The notes beneath the pieces are model-generated. The model ran no database searches. It saw only the letters and a program-made list of their open reading frames with translations, and was not told the origin of the DNA. Of a stretch of 64,000 nucleotides of DNA, positions 1-12,039 are shown in pieces. The translations under genes and the position numbers were made by a program. The stretch's first letter is position 1. Every line of letters starts with the position of its first letter. Source of the DNA: Camelus ferus (Eukaryota); the NCBI RefSeq assembly GCF_009834535.1, contig NC_045696.1, positions 71,240,001 through 71,304,000 on the forward strand. The letters are read 5' to 3'.

Positions 1-289
1 ACCTTCCTTCTGCTATTGTTCTCTTGTCCCACTAATAAATTCTTAAGGACTCAGTGCAACTTAAGCATTCAGTGAAGCCTTCCTCCTCAATCTCTCCCTC
101 TCCTCTCTCTCTCACGCACACACACATACGCCTGAATACTGTTGTGACCCTTAAACTGGAAACATCTCTTTACATGTGTATCTCCCCTCCTGCTCTGTAA
201 CTTCATGGAGAGCAGGAAGCATATCTTTTTTTTTTTTTTTGGCCCTCTCCAGTGTGTGGCATATAGGAATAAGTAGTCAATAAATGCTT

Positions 290-1308
290 TTAAAATTGAA
301 AGGTAGTTGATTTACAATATTAGCTTCAGGTATACAACATAGTAATTCAGTGTTTCGATAGATTATACTCCATTTAAAATATAAAATATTGGCTGTATTC
401 CCTGTGCTGTATAATATATGTCCTCATAGCTTATTTATTTTACACATAGTAGTTTGTACCTCTTAATCCCCTATCCTTGTGTTGCCCCTCCCTCCTTCCC
501 TGTACCCACTGGTAACCATTAGTTTGTTCTCTGTATCTGTGAGTCTGTTTCTGTTTTGTTATATTCATTCATTTGTTTTATTTTCTAGATTCCACATGTA
601 AATGATAACATACAGTATTTGTCTTTCTCTGTCTGACTTATTTCACTAAATATCATACCCTCTAGGTCTATCCATGTTGTTGCAAATGGCAGAATTTCAT
701 TCTTTTTTGTGTCTGAGTATTATTCCACTATATATATTATATATAGTATTATAATAGTATTCCTATACATACATAGATATATCTCACATCTTTATTCATT
801 TGTTGATGGACACTTAGGTTGCTTTTCATATCTTGGTTATTGTAAATAATGCTGCTATGAACATTGGGGTGCATATATCATTTCAAATTTGTGTTTTCAT
901 TTTCTTCAGATATATACTCTTGCGTTGAATTGCTGGATCATATTGTAGTTCTATTCTTAATATTTTGAGAAATCTCCATACTGTCTTCCATAGTGGCTGC
1001 ACCAATTTACATTCTTACCAACTGGTGTACTAGGGTTCCCTTTTTTCCACATCCTCACCAATACTTGTTATTTGTAGACTTTTTGATGACAGCCATTCAG
1101 ACAGATGTAAGGTGATGTTTCATAGTGGTTTTGATTTGCATTTCTCTGATGATCAGCAATAAGAGTTTAATGTGCAAAATATATAAACAGCTCATACAAC
1201 TCAATATCAAAAAAACCAAACAACCTGATTAAAAATGAGCAGAAATCCTAAATAGACATTTTTCCAAAGAAGATATACAGATGGCCAATAGGCATGAAAA
1301 GATGCTCA
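290..1308 (-). mobile_element. 5'-truncated L1 with 5' inversion
   Basis: About 290-1160 is L1 3'UTR and ORF2 end in antisense; 1161-1308 is the adjacent upstream ORF2 segment in sense. Confidence 0.8.
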
Positions 1309-1654
1309 GAAAATGTTAATGAAATACCTGGCCTGTCAGTTCATTATGATGGGGTGAGAGACGCAGGCACCTTTGGCAGAGGTAAGAAAGGTGACTGAGA
1401 TCCTCATGGGAGTCCTGAGGCCAGATCAGAGAAGTTACCTGTTGTTCCCCTGGTGTTGCTGAGGTGTGGGCCTCCACCTTGGGTACAGTTTGGTAGAGCT
1501 GGGGGTTGGCAGAAACAAAACAGTCTGCAGCAGGTGGAATCCAGAGGGCTGGAGCCAGGGCCCAGCCTTTTATTTCTGATTGCTGCCTCTAAGTTTGCAA
1601 GAAGGCTAGGCTTAGAATGGCCTAACCAGAGCTACCATTTATGAAGTTCGTGCC

Positions 1655-1880
1655 GCATGCTCTATGCTCTGTTATGTACTTTACTTACAGTATTCATATC
1701 CTTACAACTGCTTTGAAAGGGCAGCACTATTACTCCCATTTTACAGATTAGAAAACTGAGGTGCAGAGAGGTAAAAAAATCTTGGTCAGTGTCCACCCAG
1801 GTGGAAATTTGTAGAATCCAGATTCAAACCCAGGCCAGTCTGGTTCCATTGTTCTTTCTTGCTCTTTTCATTACTCCATA
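1655..1880 (-). mobile_element. MIR SINE fragment
   Basis: MIR core cccattttacagat..gaaaactgaggtgcagagaggt. Confidence 0.65.
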
Positions 1881-3549
1881 GCTGGGAAGTCTTGTGAACT
1901 AGATTATTAGGCTCCTAGGTTTCCACAAGTGAAACCCTTGGACCTAGACCATGTTTGGATCTGAAGGCAAACAGGGGAATAGGAGCTGTAGTTTTGCAAG
2001 TCAGATGCCAACACTTTTCACTGTTGCTTATTCCAAGGGGGATCTCACTGCATGGCCCTCTGGTGGCCCCATTCATCTGGGACCCTGAGGGATCAGATTT
2101 GGGAATATAGCTATAATCTGGCAAGGGCAGAATTAGCTGGTGGAAGAGGGAGGGTAAGTGAGGGCCATTGTTTTGCAGCCCTGATGATTGGCAATCACAT
2201 ACAGAGGCTACTGGCCAGAGCTAAGAATCTAGGAGCCTGGAGGCAGCCAAAACGTCCAGACTGCAGGGTGGGTCACTGGCTAGGGTGCCTGGAGCAGAAG
2301 AGAGGGAGGGTCCTGGGACTCCCCAGAGGTACCTGGGAAAAGAGCCTAGGACAACCACTCACCTCTGGCTGCCGCTTTCACAGGCCTGGACTCTCTGGAA
2401 GTGTGACACCATACTTACCACTTCACTTTTCTCCACTTCATTTTTCTCATCTGAAAAATGGAGGTTGTGCTAGAAAGTCTATAATTCTTCATGTCTAGTG
2501 CCTCCCCACTAGAAATCGATTTTGCACTCTGGGGGTCAGTCTGCATGACAAAAAGATGCTGTCTAGTGTGTCACATTGGACTTTCTAGTTTCTGTAAACC
2601 TATAAATGTTTTTTAATGCATATTAAAAAGTATTTAATCTGTGTTATTGGCTCCATTTCACAAATGAAGAAATGTAAACTTGTAAGGTTAAGCCACTTGT
2701 ACAAGTTTGCCCAGCTAGCAAGTAATGGAGTCAAATTAGAACCCACTGCTGTCAGATCCCAAAGTCTCTATATTATACTATTTTTTCCCTGCTATATAGA
2801 AGAACCAGTGCTGGTGAATGACCAAATACAGTTTATTGAAGGGAGAATCATAAATTGTAGAGGAGGAAAATGATAGGCTTGAAATGAAGTCTGTGGCTTC
2901 ACATCCTAGTATGGGTCTGCAGGAAGAGGAGAGAGAGGCACAGATGGTAATGAGATAATACATTTTAATGTTGGGTTAATATGGACCCCCCCCAAAATCA
3001 TGTAGAAAACATGGAGAAATGCTGCTTATAATGGTTTAGAGAAAAAGAAAGTGAACAAAAATGTGTGCAAGAACCACAGGGTAGCACTGCAGATGAATGG
3101 ACAAAGTGAGGAGCTGTTGGCAGAAACAGACCATCAAATGCAAGATGGCCCAGGCAGGACCAGTTGCCTGTCAGCAGATTTTCCTAACGAGGTCATAAAT
3201 TACCTTGCAAAGCCAAAGCCTTTCAGGGGCTTGCCACGTAACAAGGGGAAAGTCATTAGCACAAAGTGTGCTTGTCATATGATTCTGTTATAGATGGAAC
3301 AGAAAGACAACAATCACATTTGTTAATTTTCTGGGAGCTCTCTGATTTCAGAGGTTCTCTATGATTCTCTATTGTGTGTTAAGATCACGGGTTCAGATTT
3401 TGCTTTTGGAAAAAATAAAATCACCATAATTATATCATGCCTTCTCTTACTAAAAGGAGATAGAGCATCTTAATCCATAGGTCAAAAAAGATAAAGTGCA
3501 TGTATTCTATTCAAATAAAACATAAAACTATGTAATGAAAAAAATTTGA

Positions 3550-3634
3550 GGGGGCAGATTTAGCTCAGTGGTAGAGCGCATGCTTAGCATGCACGAGATC
3601 CTGGGTTCAATCCCTGGTACCTCTATTGAAAAAA
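3550..3634 (+). mobile_element. tRNA-derived SINE (vic-1-like, short form)
   Basis: A box TAGCTCAGTGG, B box GGTTCAATCC, A tail, near-TSD aaaaaat(t/g)tga. Confidence 0.85.
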
Positions 3635-4359
3635 TGTGAAGAAAATAAATGAGAAATATGTACCATGAAGATGGGCAGAAGCAACAAAATGATGCAAACG
3701 GATCTTATACAATTTTGGAACTTATCAAAATCTGGGTAAATGAGCTACTCTGCAAAGTCAAGGGTGAGATTCCAGGTGAGGTGACTTCTTCAGGATAGGG
3801 CACAGGAGAAGAACATCCAAAGTATCTGGCAACAGATATCAGCAGCAAAAAAGCTAAATCCACAGAGAATACAGAGGAAAGAGTGATTGCCCAGATCAGA
3901 TTTGGGGAAGTACATACCCCAGAAAGCAGTGGAGGAAGTGCAGCGGGTGAACTTGGGTGTTATGATATGATGAAGGTGGGAGGGAAGGGGTGAGGAATAG
4001 AAAAGACTGAGGGAGGCAGTAAAGGAAAATGGAAAAGAAAGTTTGTCTTAGGGACCCTGGTCAGGGACTTGTTCTTCCTGTTGTAATTCCTGCAATGTTA
4101 GTGGATGAAGACTTGAACTGGAATTGGTGTTTCTACATGGCACTCTTGGAGAACTTGTCTGGTTCTCCTCCTCAGTCCGGAGGGCCGTGCAGCAGAGGCT
4201 GAGTCCCATGTCCAGAGCCAGCTGCCTTGGTTCAAACTGCAGCTTAGTCAGCTGACTAGCTCTGGAAACTTGGGAAACAGCTCAGTGGCTGTCACTGCAC
4301 CTCTCTGTGCTTAATTTATTTCATCTCATTTATTTGAATATATAAATGTGGAAAGTAAT

Positions 4360-4660
4360 ACAAAACCACAGTTCTAAAACCTAAAGAGCTTTGAAAGCCA
4401 AATGATTTTTCACAAATTATTTGGTGGCACAACCTGACCTGAACGGATGCGAGACTACTCAATAATTTCGTTTTTGCTGCCGAGTGTGAATATTCACAGA
4501 TTCCACTGCAGACGTGTGTATTGTGTTAGAGGGTGCTACTGTGTACCCTACTTGGGGTGATAGTCATATACAGTACATGTATGATTGTTACCTTTTTAAA
4601 ATTGGAAAAATTCCAAATTCCCAAACACATTTGGCTCCAAGGATTTGTGGATCTGTAGTT
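4360..4660. mobile_element. Tigger-type DNA transposon relic (MER46C-like) inside a MIR
   Basis: Terminal sequence recognised by eye; MIR-like flanks at about 4190-4350 and 4660-4780. Confidence 0.45.
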
Positions 4661-6266
4661 CTTACTTCATAGGGTTACTGTAAGGGTTGAATATGCTTAT
4701 TCATATAAAGCGCTTAGAGGAGTGCCTGACACGCATTAATAACTTAATAAATGTTTGGTTACTTTCATTACTACTATACTGTGTCCTTTCTCAAAGCCCA
4801 CTTTGTAGAGAGCTGTGAGTTGAGGAACTGCCAAAACAATAACATATGTCCAAAATAATAATATAATAGATAGGCTAATTTACTTAGGTGAAGGTCATGG
4901 CTCCTGATTTAAGCCTAGACTGTGTAGATGCTAGACCTCAGACATGTCTGGAGGACTGGTGATGGTGAGGGGAGTGCTTGACAAGAGTTTAGAAACTGAA
5001 GAGCCAAAGACTTTCCTGGGGGGAGGGAAGCAGAGGGGGAAAAAAGGAGAATTAAGGGACACAAGTTTAGCTGGAGGACCAGGAGCCTGGGTGAAAGGAG
5101 TAGTGCCGAGTTAGCAGGGTATTTCCGCCTCAATACTCCCAGATTCCCGTGCACTCCTGCCCAAGTCCAGCAGAAGGAGACTGCAAGGAAAGAGCAAGTA
5201 ACAGCTGGGCCTGGTGACTCAGCATACAGCTGAGAACATCTGTGCTGCAGGATACAGATGCAGTGGCCTGGGCTCTGAGGACACAGAAGCTCCTGCAGCA
5301 AATAGCCAGGTAGGACTTCAGGCCCCCACCACCAGCCACAGCCCTTCTAGTGGACATTGGCAGCCTTGCCACCCTTTGGGCGTCTACAATGACAAGAGGA
5401 AGTCAAAGGAATTTGAGGAAGAGCAGCAGAGGGAAGGAACCAGGGAAATATAGTTTAGTAAACAATATTGTGACTCTCTTTTTATTCCTAGCCTGTTACG
5501 ACCTGGGAAATTTAGGCTTCAGATAGAAAGTAGTAGAATACACTGAAGAAAGGAAAAGAAATGGTTGCTAAAAATAAAGGATTGTGTTCAATTTGTGATT
5601 AAGTTGCTCTCAAATCTATGGTTTTCTGAACCTGGGGTGTCCAACAAATCATGCCACAGCTCTTGTGGAAGTGGGACCTCCACTTCCCCCAAATAGCTAA
5701 TGGGAATAATGGGCCAAGAGACAAAGACTTTCAAAATGATAAGGCAAGTGCAAGGAAGGGGGATTTTCCAGTTTATATGGGGGCATTTGTGTCAGTCCCA
5801 AGTAAAGCAGATGCAATTTTCAAATGTGCTTCCCTTGGCCTGATGTTCTTTTCTTTGCATGATTAAGGGCAGATCAACTCTAACTGCAACACAGACAGCT
5901 AGCAGTAATTTGGGATTATGTTAACACTCTAAGTGCTTAATCATGAGTGAGTCATATGTCAGGCTGTGACAAGAAGGCTTCACTCTTAAACAAGAGATGC
6001 CTGGTTCTGGCACATTATTAATTTCTGAAGCTTAAATCCAGGATAACTGGATTTAGGAGGTTAATCCCTATTTTAATTCCTGGTAATAGATTTTGGCCCC
6101 ATCTCTCTTCTCTTTGCACTTTCACATGTTGTCTGATAGACTTTTAAAAAACAAGAAAATCCTTCTTACTTTGATAATGAGAAGTTTCTGCAAGAAGACT
6201 CTCAACCCCAAGATTTTTAGTACTATCATATAATGCAGGGAGGAGTGAGTGCTTTTTGCAAAGGGG

Positions 6267-6272
6267 TTTATT
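6267..6272 (-). terminator. Probable polyadenylation signal (AATAAA) of the HTR3 gene
   Basis: TTTATT on +, about 300 nt downstream of the stop; first canonical hexamer I see after the stop. Confidence 0.6.
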
Positions 6273-6565
6273 GGAGGAGATTCAATCAAGGAAGCATTCC
6301 AGGAACCTGAATCCTGAGGAGCCAGGCAGGCAGGACTCACAGGAGGGCTGAGGGGAGCTGATGGCATGCAGGCTCAAGGATCTGATTCAGGCGGGCATAG
6401 GAAACCATCCAGATTTGGTTTGAAACTGCACAAAAGGACTGGATTGAAAACAAGGTGATTGCTAAGGTTGTAAGGTGGGATTTGGAGAGGCATGAGAGCC
6501 TGGCTCTCTGGAGGTTTGTGGAGGCAAGAGGAGCTCTTGCCTGGATCTCACAAATGGACATCTGC

Positions 6566-6795
6566 CTAGGTGTTCCAGAGGACGATGACAGTGATGATGG
6601 AGGTGGCCATGAAGAGCAGGTAGAGGCGGAAGAGCAGGGTGTCCATCACGCGGCTGAATTGTACCCACAGGCTGACCAAGTGCTGCTTCTGAGCCTCGTC
6701 TTCCTGCTGGGCCCTCGTTGACTCAGGGCACCTATTTAACTCTGCCTCTTTTGGACCTGGCACCTTCCCCACCAACTCCACGGGCTCCTTCACAC
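6566..6795 (-). CDS. HTR3D: HTR3 subunit exon 9 (MA helix, M4, stop)
   Basis: 230 nt, ctctctgcAG acceptor, ends [13 protein letters not shown]. Confidence 0.93.
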
Positions 6796-9700
6796 CTGCA
6801 GAGAGACAGAGACTTGACTGTAGGCTGTCAAGGTCAGCTGGGAAGTTGTGGGGGCCAGGACAGGAGGCCGGAGCAGGGAAGTGGAGATGCTGGAAGAGGA
6901 GGCATGGGCAATGCTGAGTCCCCTCACCAGGCAGGTGGGCGGGGCTGAGGCCCAGGCCGGTGTTTCCCTTCTGGGGCCCAGCAGGGCAGCACTTCCTTGG
7001 GCTGGTGCAGCGCAGAAGCAGGGAATGGAGCCAGTGAGGCATGGGTGGGGGCTGGGTGGTGGCCAGGTGCAGCAGGTAGGTGATGAAGATGGTCTCCAGC
7101 AGGCTGACCACCATCAGCGACAGACACAGGGCAAAGTAGACACCTGGAGGGAAGGCAGGCCTGTATGAGGGCCAGAGACACCTCCCAAGACTTTTTGTTT
7201 CCTCTTTCCCCAGAGGGCCCTTTTCAATTTGACCTGGTTTCACTTGTCCCTCCCCCATCACACCCCCACCTTGCTTTTATTTTCCTGATGGAGGGAGGTG
7301 ACATACTGATGAGTGGGGTGCCACTGGCCGGGAGTAAGTCATTCATCATGAGCAGGAAGACGTTGTAGCCCAGCAGAAGGGTCATCTTGAATGGGGCACG
7401 GTTCCCGCTTTCTGCCGGCAGGAAGAAGCTGAGGGCATCGATGGCCATCAGAAAACTGCTGGGCACCAGAAGGTTGATGACGTAGAGTCTGGGCCTGCGC
7501 CTGATGGCCACCTGGTGGCGGGGGGACAAGTGAGGAGTAGGCTGGGAGGCTGCCAAGCCAGTTAAGAACGAGAGTTGAGAGCTGTCCCAGACCAAGCTTT
7601 CTAGTCAGGAAATGTTACCTCAAGTCCCGTTCACTGTCCTGCTTCTCCAGCAAAGTCATCTTAATCAGCACACTGCCCTTCCAGGGTTTGAGTCCACCAT
7701 GCAGCTTACCACTGAAATGTATCTCATTCTTAATTGGCCCAAAGTGGCAACTTTCTCTGCTGAAATTTTTATTCCTACCAATGTGCTCTTAGCAGGACTG
7801 GGGGACCAGATTCTTAGATACCGTGTGCATTGTATTTCTGCTTGCTTTCCTCATCAAGGTCTAATCACTAGTGACTTTGTTGTTGGACATTTAATACCAG
7901 CGGGAGGGAAAGCAAGATAGAGCAAATGTTTTGGGGTCACCAGGATTTGGAATCATAATATCTCTAAGTCAATGCTTCATAACTTTTCCACCATTTCTTT
8001 AAAAAAAAAACATAAAACTTGCTGCCCTCCAAAAATTTCTGGCAGCCCTGGGTGGTGGGAGGCTCGTGCTCATAAAAATCACTGCCATGGGAGCTTTGTT
8101 TCTTCCTCAGGGAGGATTCATTTCATCAATATTTACTGAGTGCCAGGTACCGTTCTAGGTGCTGGAGTTTATCAGTGAAAAAAGGGAAAACAATCCCTAC
8201 CCCTGCAGGGCTTACTTTCTAGTGGGAGCCCTTACTTTCTAGTGGAGGACATAGCTAGGTGTCTTAGGAGGAGATCCCACCCAGGGCCCCTGAGCTCACA
8301 TGGAAGATGATTTGGTCATACTCATTGGTGCCCATAGCCGTCTTCTTCATTCTTTGATGGATACCCTGAAGTACCCACTCCCCCTTGCTCCAAATGATGT
8401 TCTGTGATGTTTTCAAAATCTCCTGCACATCCTTATCCATGCCCAGGACCATATTCTCCACTGCAAAGGAGACCCAGACAACTCAGCTTCACCCAATACT
8501 CCCAACCCCTTTGCCCAGCCTGTTGGAGTCCTTGCCACTTAGCTTCCACAGCCCTTTCAGTGGGATTCCCTCTCTGTTCCCAGCTTTATGTCTTCTTCTC
8601 TCAAATCCCTTTCTCTACCTCTCAGAAGGCCACTATATTTGAGCTTCCCTCACCTGTGTAGATGAAAGAGCTGAAGGTGAACGTGCAGTTCTGTTCATCA
8701 AAGGGGAAGTAGAAGATGTCCAGGTTGCAGATGCTGACCACCCGCATTGGCTTGTTGTATTTGATGCGACCATCACTGTTGACATAAGCCATGAGACCTG
8801 TAGGTGTCTTATCCACATCCATGCTGTATGTGAGAAGGATGGGGAGGTGGATACTGTGGGTTCCCCATCAGACCTGACCTTCTTTCTCAGGTCGCCCCAT
8901 TCCTGTGCTCCAGCCCCACTCGTCTGACCTCCCCCTTCCACCTATCGCCATGTTCTGGGGGTTTCAGATGCTGCTCCTTTCTAGTGGAGTCTTTGTGTGG
9001 CCCCTCCTCCTGGTTACATCATTGCTCTTCCCTGGACATATGGTATCCTTGCTCTTTTCAGCCCCAATACTCACAACTCCTCGATGAAGATATCTGGAAG
9101 CCACAAGTTCTCAGCTGCCATGCTGAGTTTCCTGATGCCCCCGCATTCCTTTGGGTTCCACCTGATGAATGGGTTGTACCAGATCTGGAGGAATCCATGG
9201 GGTGGGACAAAGCAGGCAGGGGACTGGTTTTAGTCTTCCTCTGTCTCCTGCACTTTATATTCCTTTTTTCACTCATTTCTTTACTCTCCCATCCCTTCTC
9301 TGGTGACAACTGTCACAAGGTCACTAACGAAGTTTTACTTGCTTCCACTTCTCCCTCAGTGCTCTCAAGGGAGACATGGAGTTTGGCTTTGGATTCCCTG
9401 GGATGGAGCCACTTAAATATTGGCTTCCATGACCTTGGTTTATGCCACCAGCTACCTATGCCCCATCTCTGCTCTCCTAAAATGGCAGAATAACAGGAAG
9501 TTTTGCATTTTCATTATTGGTCTGGCTCTGTTGGAACTTGTTTAATTTGTGGTATTCTCAGATTTATCCATTTGAATCTGCCAAATTGGACCCTGGAGTG
9601 GAAAAAGAGAAGTATCATAGCAAAGGGGAGACTGGGACTCTCATACCATATTCAGCCACAGGAATGATGTCATCAGTTGAAGCTGTGCATCCTGGAAAAA

Positions 9701-11448
9701 CAATTTTCATCCAGGATCATTAACTTTATGAAGTCAGTTCCAATGCCACCACCCACCTCTTACTCATTTCCAAAGCAGTTCTGTGTGGCAGTTATGATTT
9801 TTAATCATAGGCACTGAAAAATGTAAGTCATATAATCCAGGGTACATGGGAAGTGTAAGTGAAAGCATCAGTATGAGGGTCCATCAGGATTATGTTTCTT
9901 GTGGAGTATTCGAAAAAAAGGGACAGATTTTACCTGCAGCAATGCCATCATAGCATTTCCTGTCATGCCTCCCTATCCCACAGACTGAGCTCTTAATTTT
10001 ACAAAATCCAGCCAGGGGACCCGCTGCTCACCACTAGACTGTTACAGAGTTGGGTCAGGACTTACTACTTCCAAGATGGCATACAGGGTGAAGGAGATGT
10101 TGACATGAGTGGGGAGGCTGAAGTTGGTGACTGGAGGGAAGGCCTTTCTGTCAAACACTGCTTGGAAGGTGGCAGGATCCACCCCGTGCTGGTCAAAGCC
10201 TGAGCAGTTGATGGTGAAAGTGTCTCCTGTTCCTGTAGAGAGCAGAGACTGTGAGAAGAGTGCTGGGGCTAGGGCCTGGGGAGTGTTTCTGCACAGAGAG
10301 ACAACAGGGGGCATGGGAGAACCGTGTGGATTCCTTCTTCCTGGGCCAGGGAGCATGGGCTGGGCTGGCAGGCAAATGGTGGAAGTTGATGAGGTGAGCT
10401 GAGCCAGGGCTCCATCCTCAATTCTGTTGTTTCTCTCTCTCCATGCAAAACTTGTCCAAATGGGTATGCAAAATCAGCCCTGACCACCATTTTTTAGTGT
10501 CCTGCTACGTTCTCAACAATCTCATCACAAATGTCTCCCCCTTCATTTCGTGTCCTTCCATTGTTTGTCTCTGTCCTTGAGCCACTGGGTTGAATGTCAG
10601 TGACAAATTTTGTAATCACAGTTCTCCTTCTCACTATATGAACAGGGCATAGATGGTCATGAATTAATGATGAGAGAAATAATCAGGTAGGTAGTGAGAA
10701 ATATGTGGGACCTTAAGGAACTCGATTTTTCAATTGAATGAGTATATACCATGTCTCTGCTATGTGCTATGATTGTTCTTTTCTAAAACTCAGGAGTCAT
10801 CACCACTGAGACCATCTTAAAAAGAGTTCCTCGATGCCCATCTCATTCCTAACCCTTTTCTTACCATACTTTGTGGAGCAGAAACTGAAAATGTATGTGG
10901 TAACGTCTTCTGGTAGAGTCTGTTTTAATCTGCCTCTGATATTGTCATATCCCTCATTGCTTATTCTCAATAATGAACAAAAAAATACTCTCAACTTGGA
11001 AACTGGACTGAAAAAGTTTCCCTCTTTCATGGCAGATCTTCTCATCTGCCTCCTTCCACTTAGCATCTTTTCTTGTTGCATTTTTTTGCTTAAGAGAACT
11101 GAGAAAGAATTTTCTTCTTCTCAACATCAATTGATGCTCAGAAGCCATGGGGATAGATTTTATGCTTGGAAACAGAAAAACATAGGGAAAAAGAAGCGTG
11201 GTGGAAGAGGGTGGAGAAGTAGCTTGAGAGAAGAGTCAACCAACTGTTAGGATCCTAGAAAGAGCTACAAAACTGTCAGTTATGAGTTAATGAACACCCA
11301 GTCACTGATAAAAATTAGCCTGGTTTCGCTGTTTCCCAGAGGTTATATATTTGCTTTGCTCTTGCTCTTGTCCCATCTTACCTTGAAGCAGCAGGTAGAA
11401 AATGAGGCAGAGAAGGAATCCTTCCCCACGGAGCCAGCCTCTTTCCAT
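6566..11448 (-). CDS. HTR3D: 5-HT3 receptor subunit, HTR3C/D/E clade (probable HTR3D orthologue, intact; may be annotated HTR3C-like), 9 coding exons, 456 aa
   Basis: Exons (minus) 11448-11382, 10232-10066, 9691-9647, 9184-9075, 8823-8654, 8460-8300, 7511-7307, 7143-6928, 6795-6566. All introns are GT-AG with consistent phases and the exons sum to 1371 nt (456 aa + TAG). The protein has a signal peptide, WLPDIF, Cys-loop [19 protein letters not shown]1-M4 and C-terminal VLWNT. Family assignment is secure; D versus C/E rests on adjacency to ABCC5 and recalled HTR3D-like residues (MERGW, FLWLNM, ECGGI, APFKMT). Confidence 0.85.
6928..7143 (-). CDS. HTR3D: HTR3 subunit exon 8 (M3, start of intracellular loop)
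   Basis: 216 nt, cctccAG / GTGAGG. Confidence 0.93.
7307..7511 (-). CDS. HTR3D: HTR3 subunit exon 7 (M1-M2)
   Basis: 205 nt, caccAG / GTATGT; VAIRRRP...[23 protein letters not shown]. Confidence 0.95.
8300..8460 (-). CDS. HTR3D: HTR3 subunit exon 6 (loops F/C, GEW)
   Basis: 161 nt, ctttgcAG / GTGAGC. Confidence 0.92.
8654..8823 (-). CDS. HTR3D: HTR3 subunit exon 5 (Cys-loop)
   Basis: 170 nt, catacAG / GTGAGG, encodes [15 protein letters not shown]. Confidence 0.95.
9075..9184 (-). CDS. HTR3D: HTR3 subunit exon 4 ([17 protein letters not shown]...WLPDIFIEE, loop A)
   Basis: 110 nt, ctccAG / GTGAGT. Confidence 0.92.
9647..9691 (-). CDS. HTR3D: HTR3 subunit exon 3 ([15 protein letters not shown], loop D)
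   Basis: 45-nt exon, tttttccAG / GTATGA, phase 0-0. Confidence 0.9.
10066..10232 (-). CDS. HTR3D: HTR3 subunit exon 2 ([17 protein letters not shown]...AILEV)
   Basis: Acceptor ctctacAG, donor GTAAGT, 167 nt. Confidence 0.92.
11382..11448 (-). CDS. HTR3D: HTR3 subunit coding exon 1 (signal peptide [22 protein letters not shown])
   Basis: ATG at 11448, hydrophobic core, donor GTAAG at 11381-11377, 67 nt, phase 1 matching next exon. Confidence 0.85.
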
Positions 11449-12039
11449 CTTCCTCTCCTTGGCTCTTCTCTGGGAACTAGTGATGATGTTGACCTTAAAA
11501 GACCACAGGCCACACCTCAAGCTCTAGCTTTGAATAATTCAGGTGTCAGGTAGCATGAGCCATGTCTCTAACAAGCATCCCTGATGACAATGGAATATCA
11601 CGGAGGACTACCCAACCTTAACTAGACCTGCATCTAGTATCCAAAAGTAATCTGACAAATCAGCTTGGAGAGGAGGAAGGAAAAACATTTGGTCGCTGGA
11701 GCAGTGCTAATGGCCCCCTCATACTTTAGAGTCACTCTGGCACATGATGCACCATAGGAAAAGCACACAATGGCTGCTGTTACCTTCAGGTGGCACATGT
11801 ACTGCTGCCAGCTTTCAGAAAAACCGGGGATGGCCTTCTTTTTTATAATCAACTTGAGATTGAGGTTTTAAATATGACTTCCTTACTGGTAAGTCTTAAC
11901 TTTTGATATTTTGAGTGTCAAAAGCAATTTGGACCCAGGTCTACTGGATGGAGGGAGTTGGGTAGAGGGGAGGTGGCAGAGTTTTTAGTAGAAGTTGGCT
12001 TGTGAGGTCATGAGTGATCAGCCTTTAAATTCATGTTGT

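Noticed and set aside
8633..8941. 102-aa minus-strand ORF as a separate gene
   Set aside because: It is the shifted frame of HTR3 exon 5 plus intron; useful only as evidence for HTR3D orthology.
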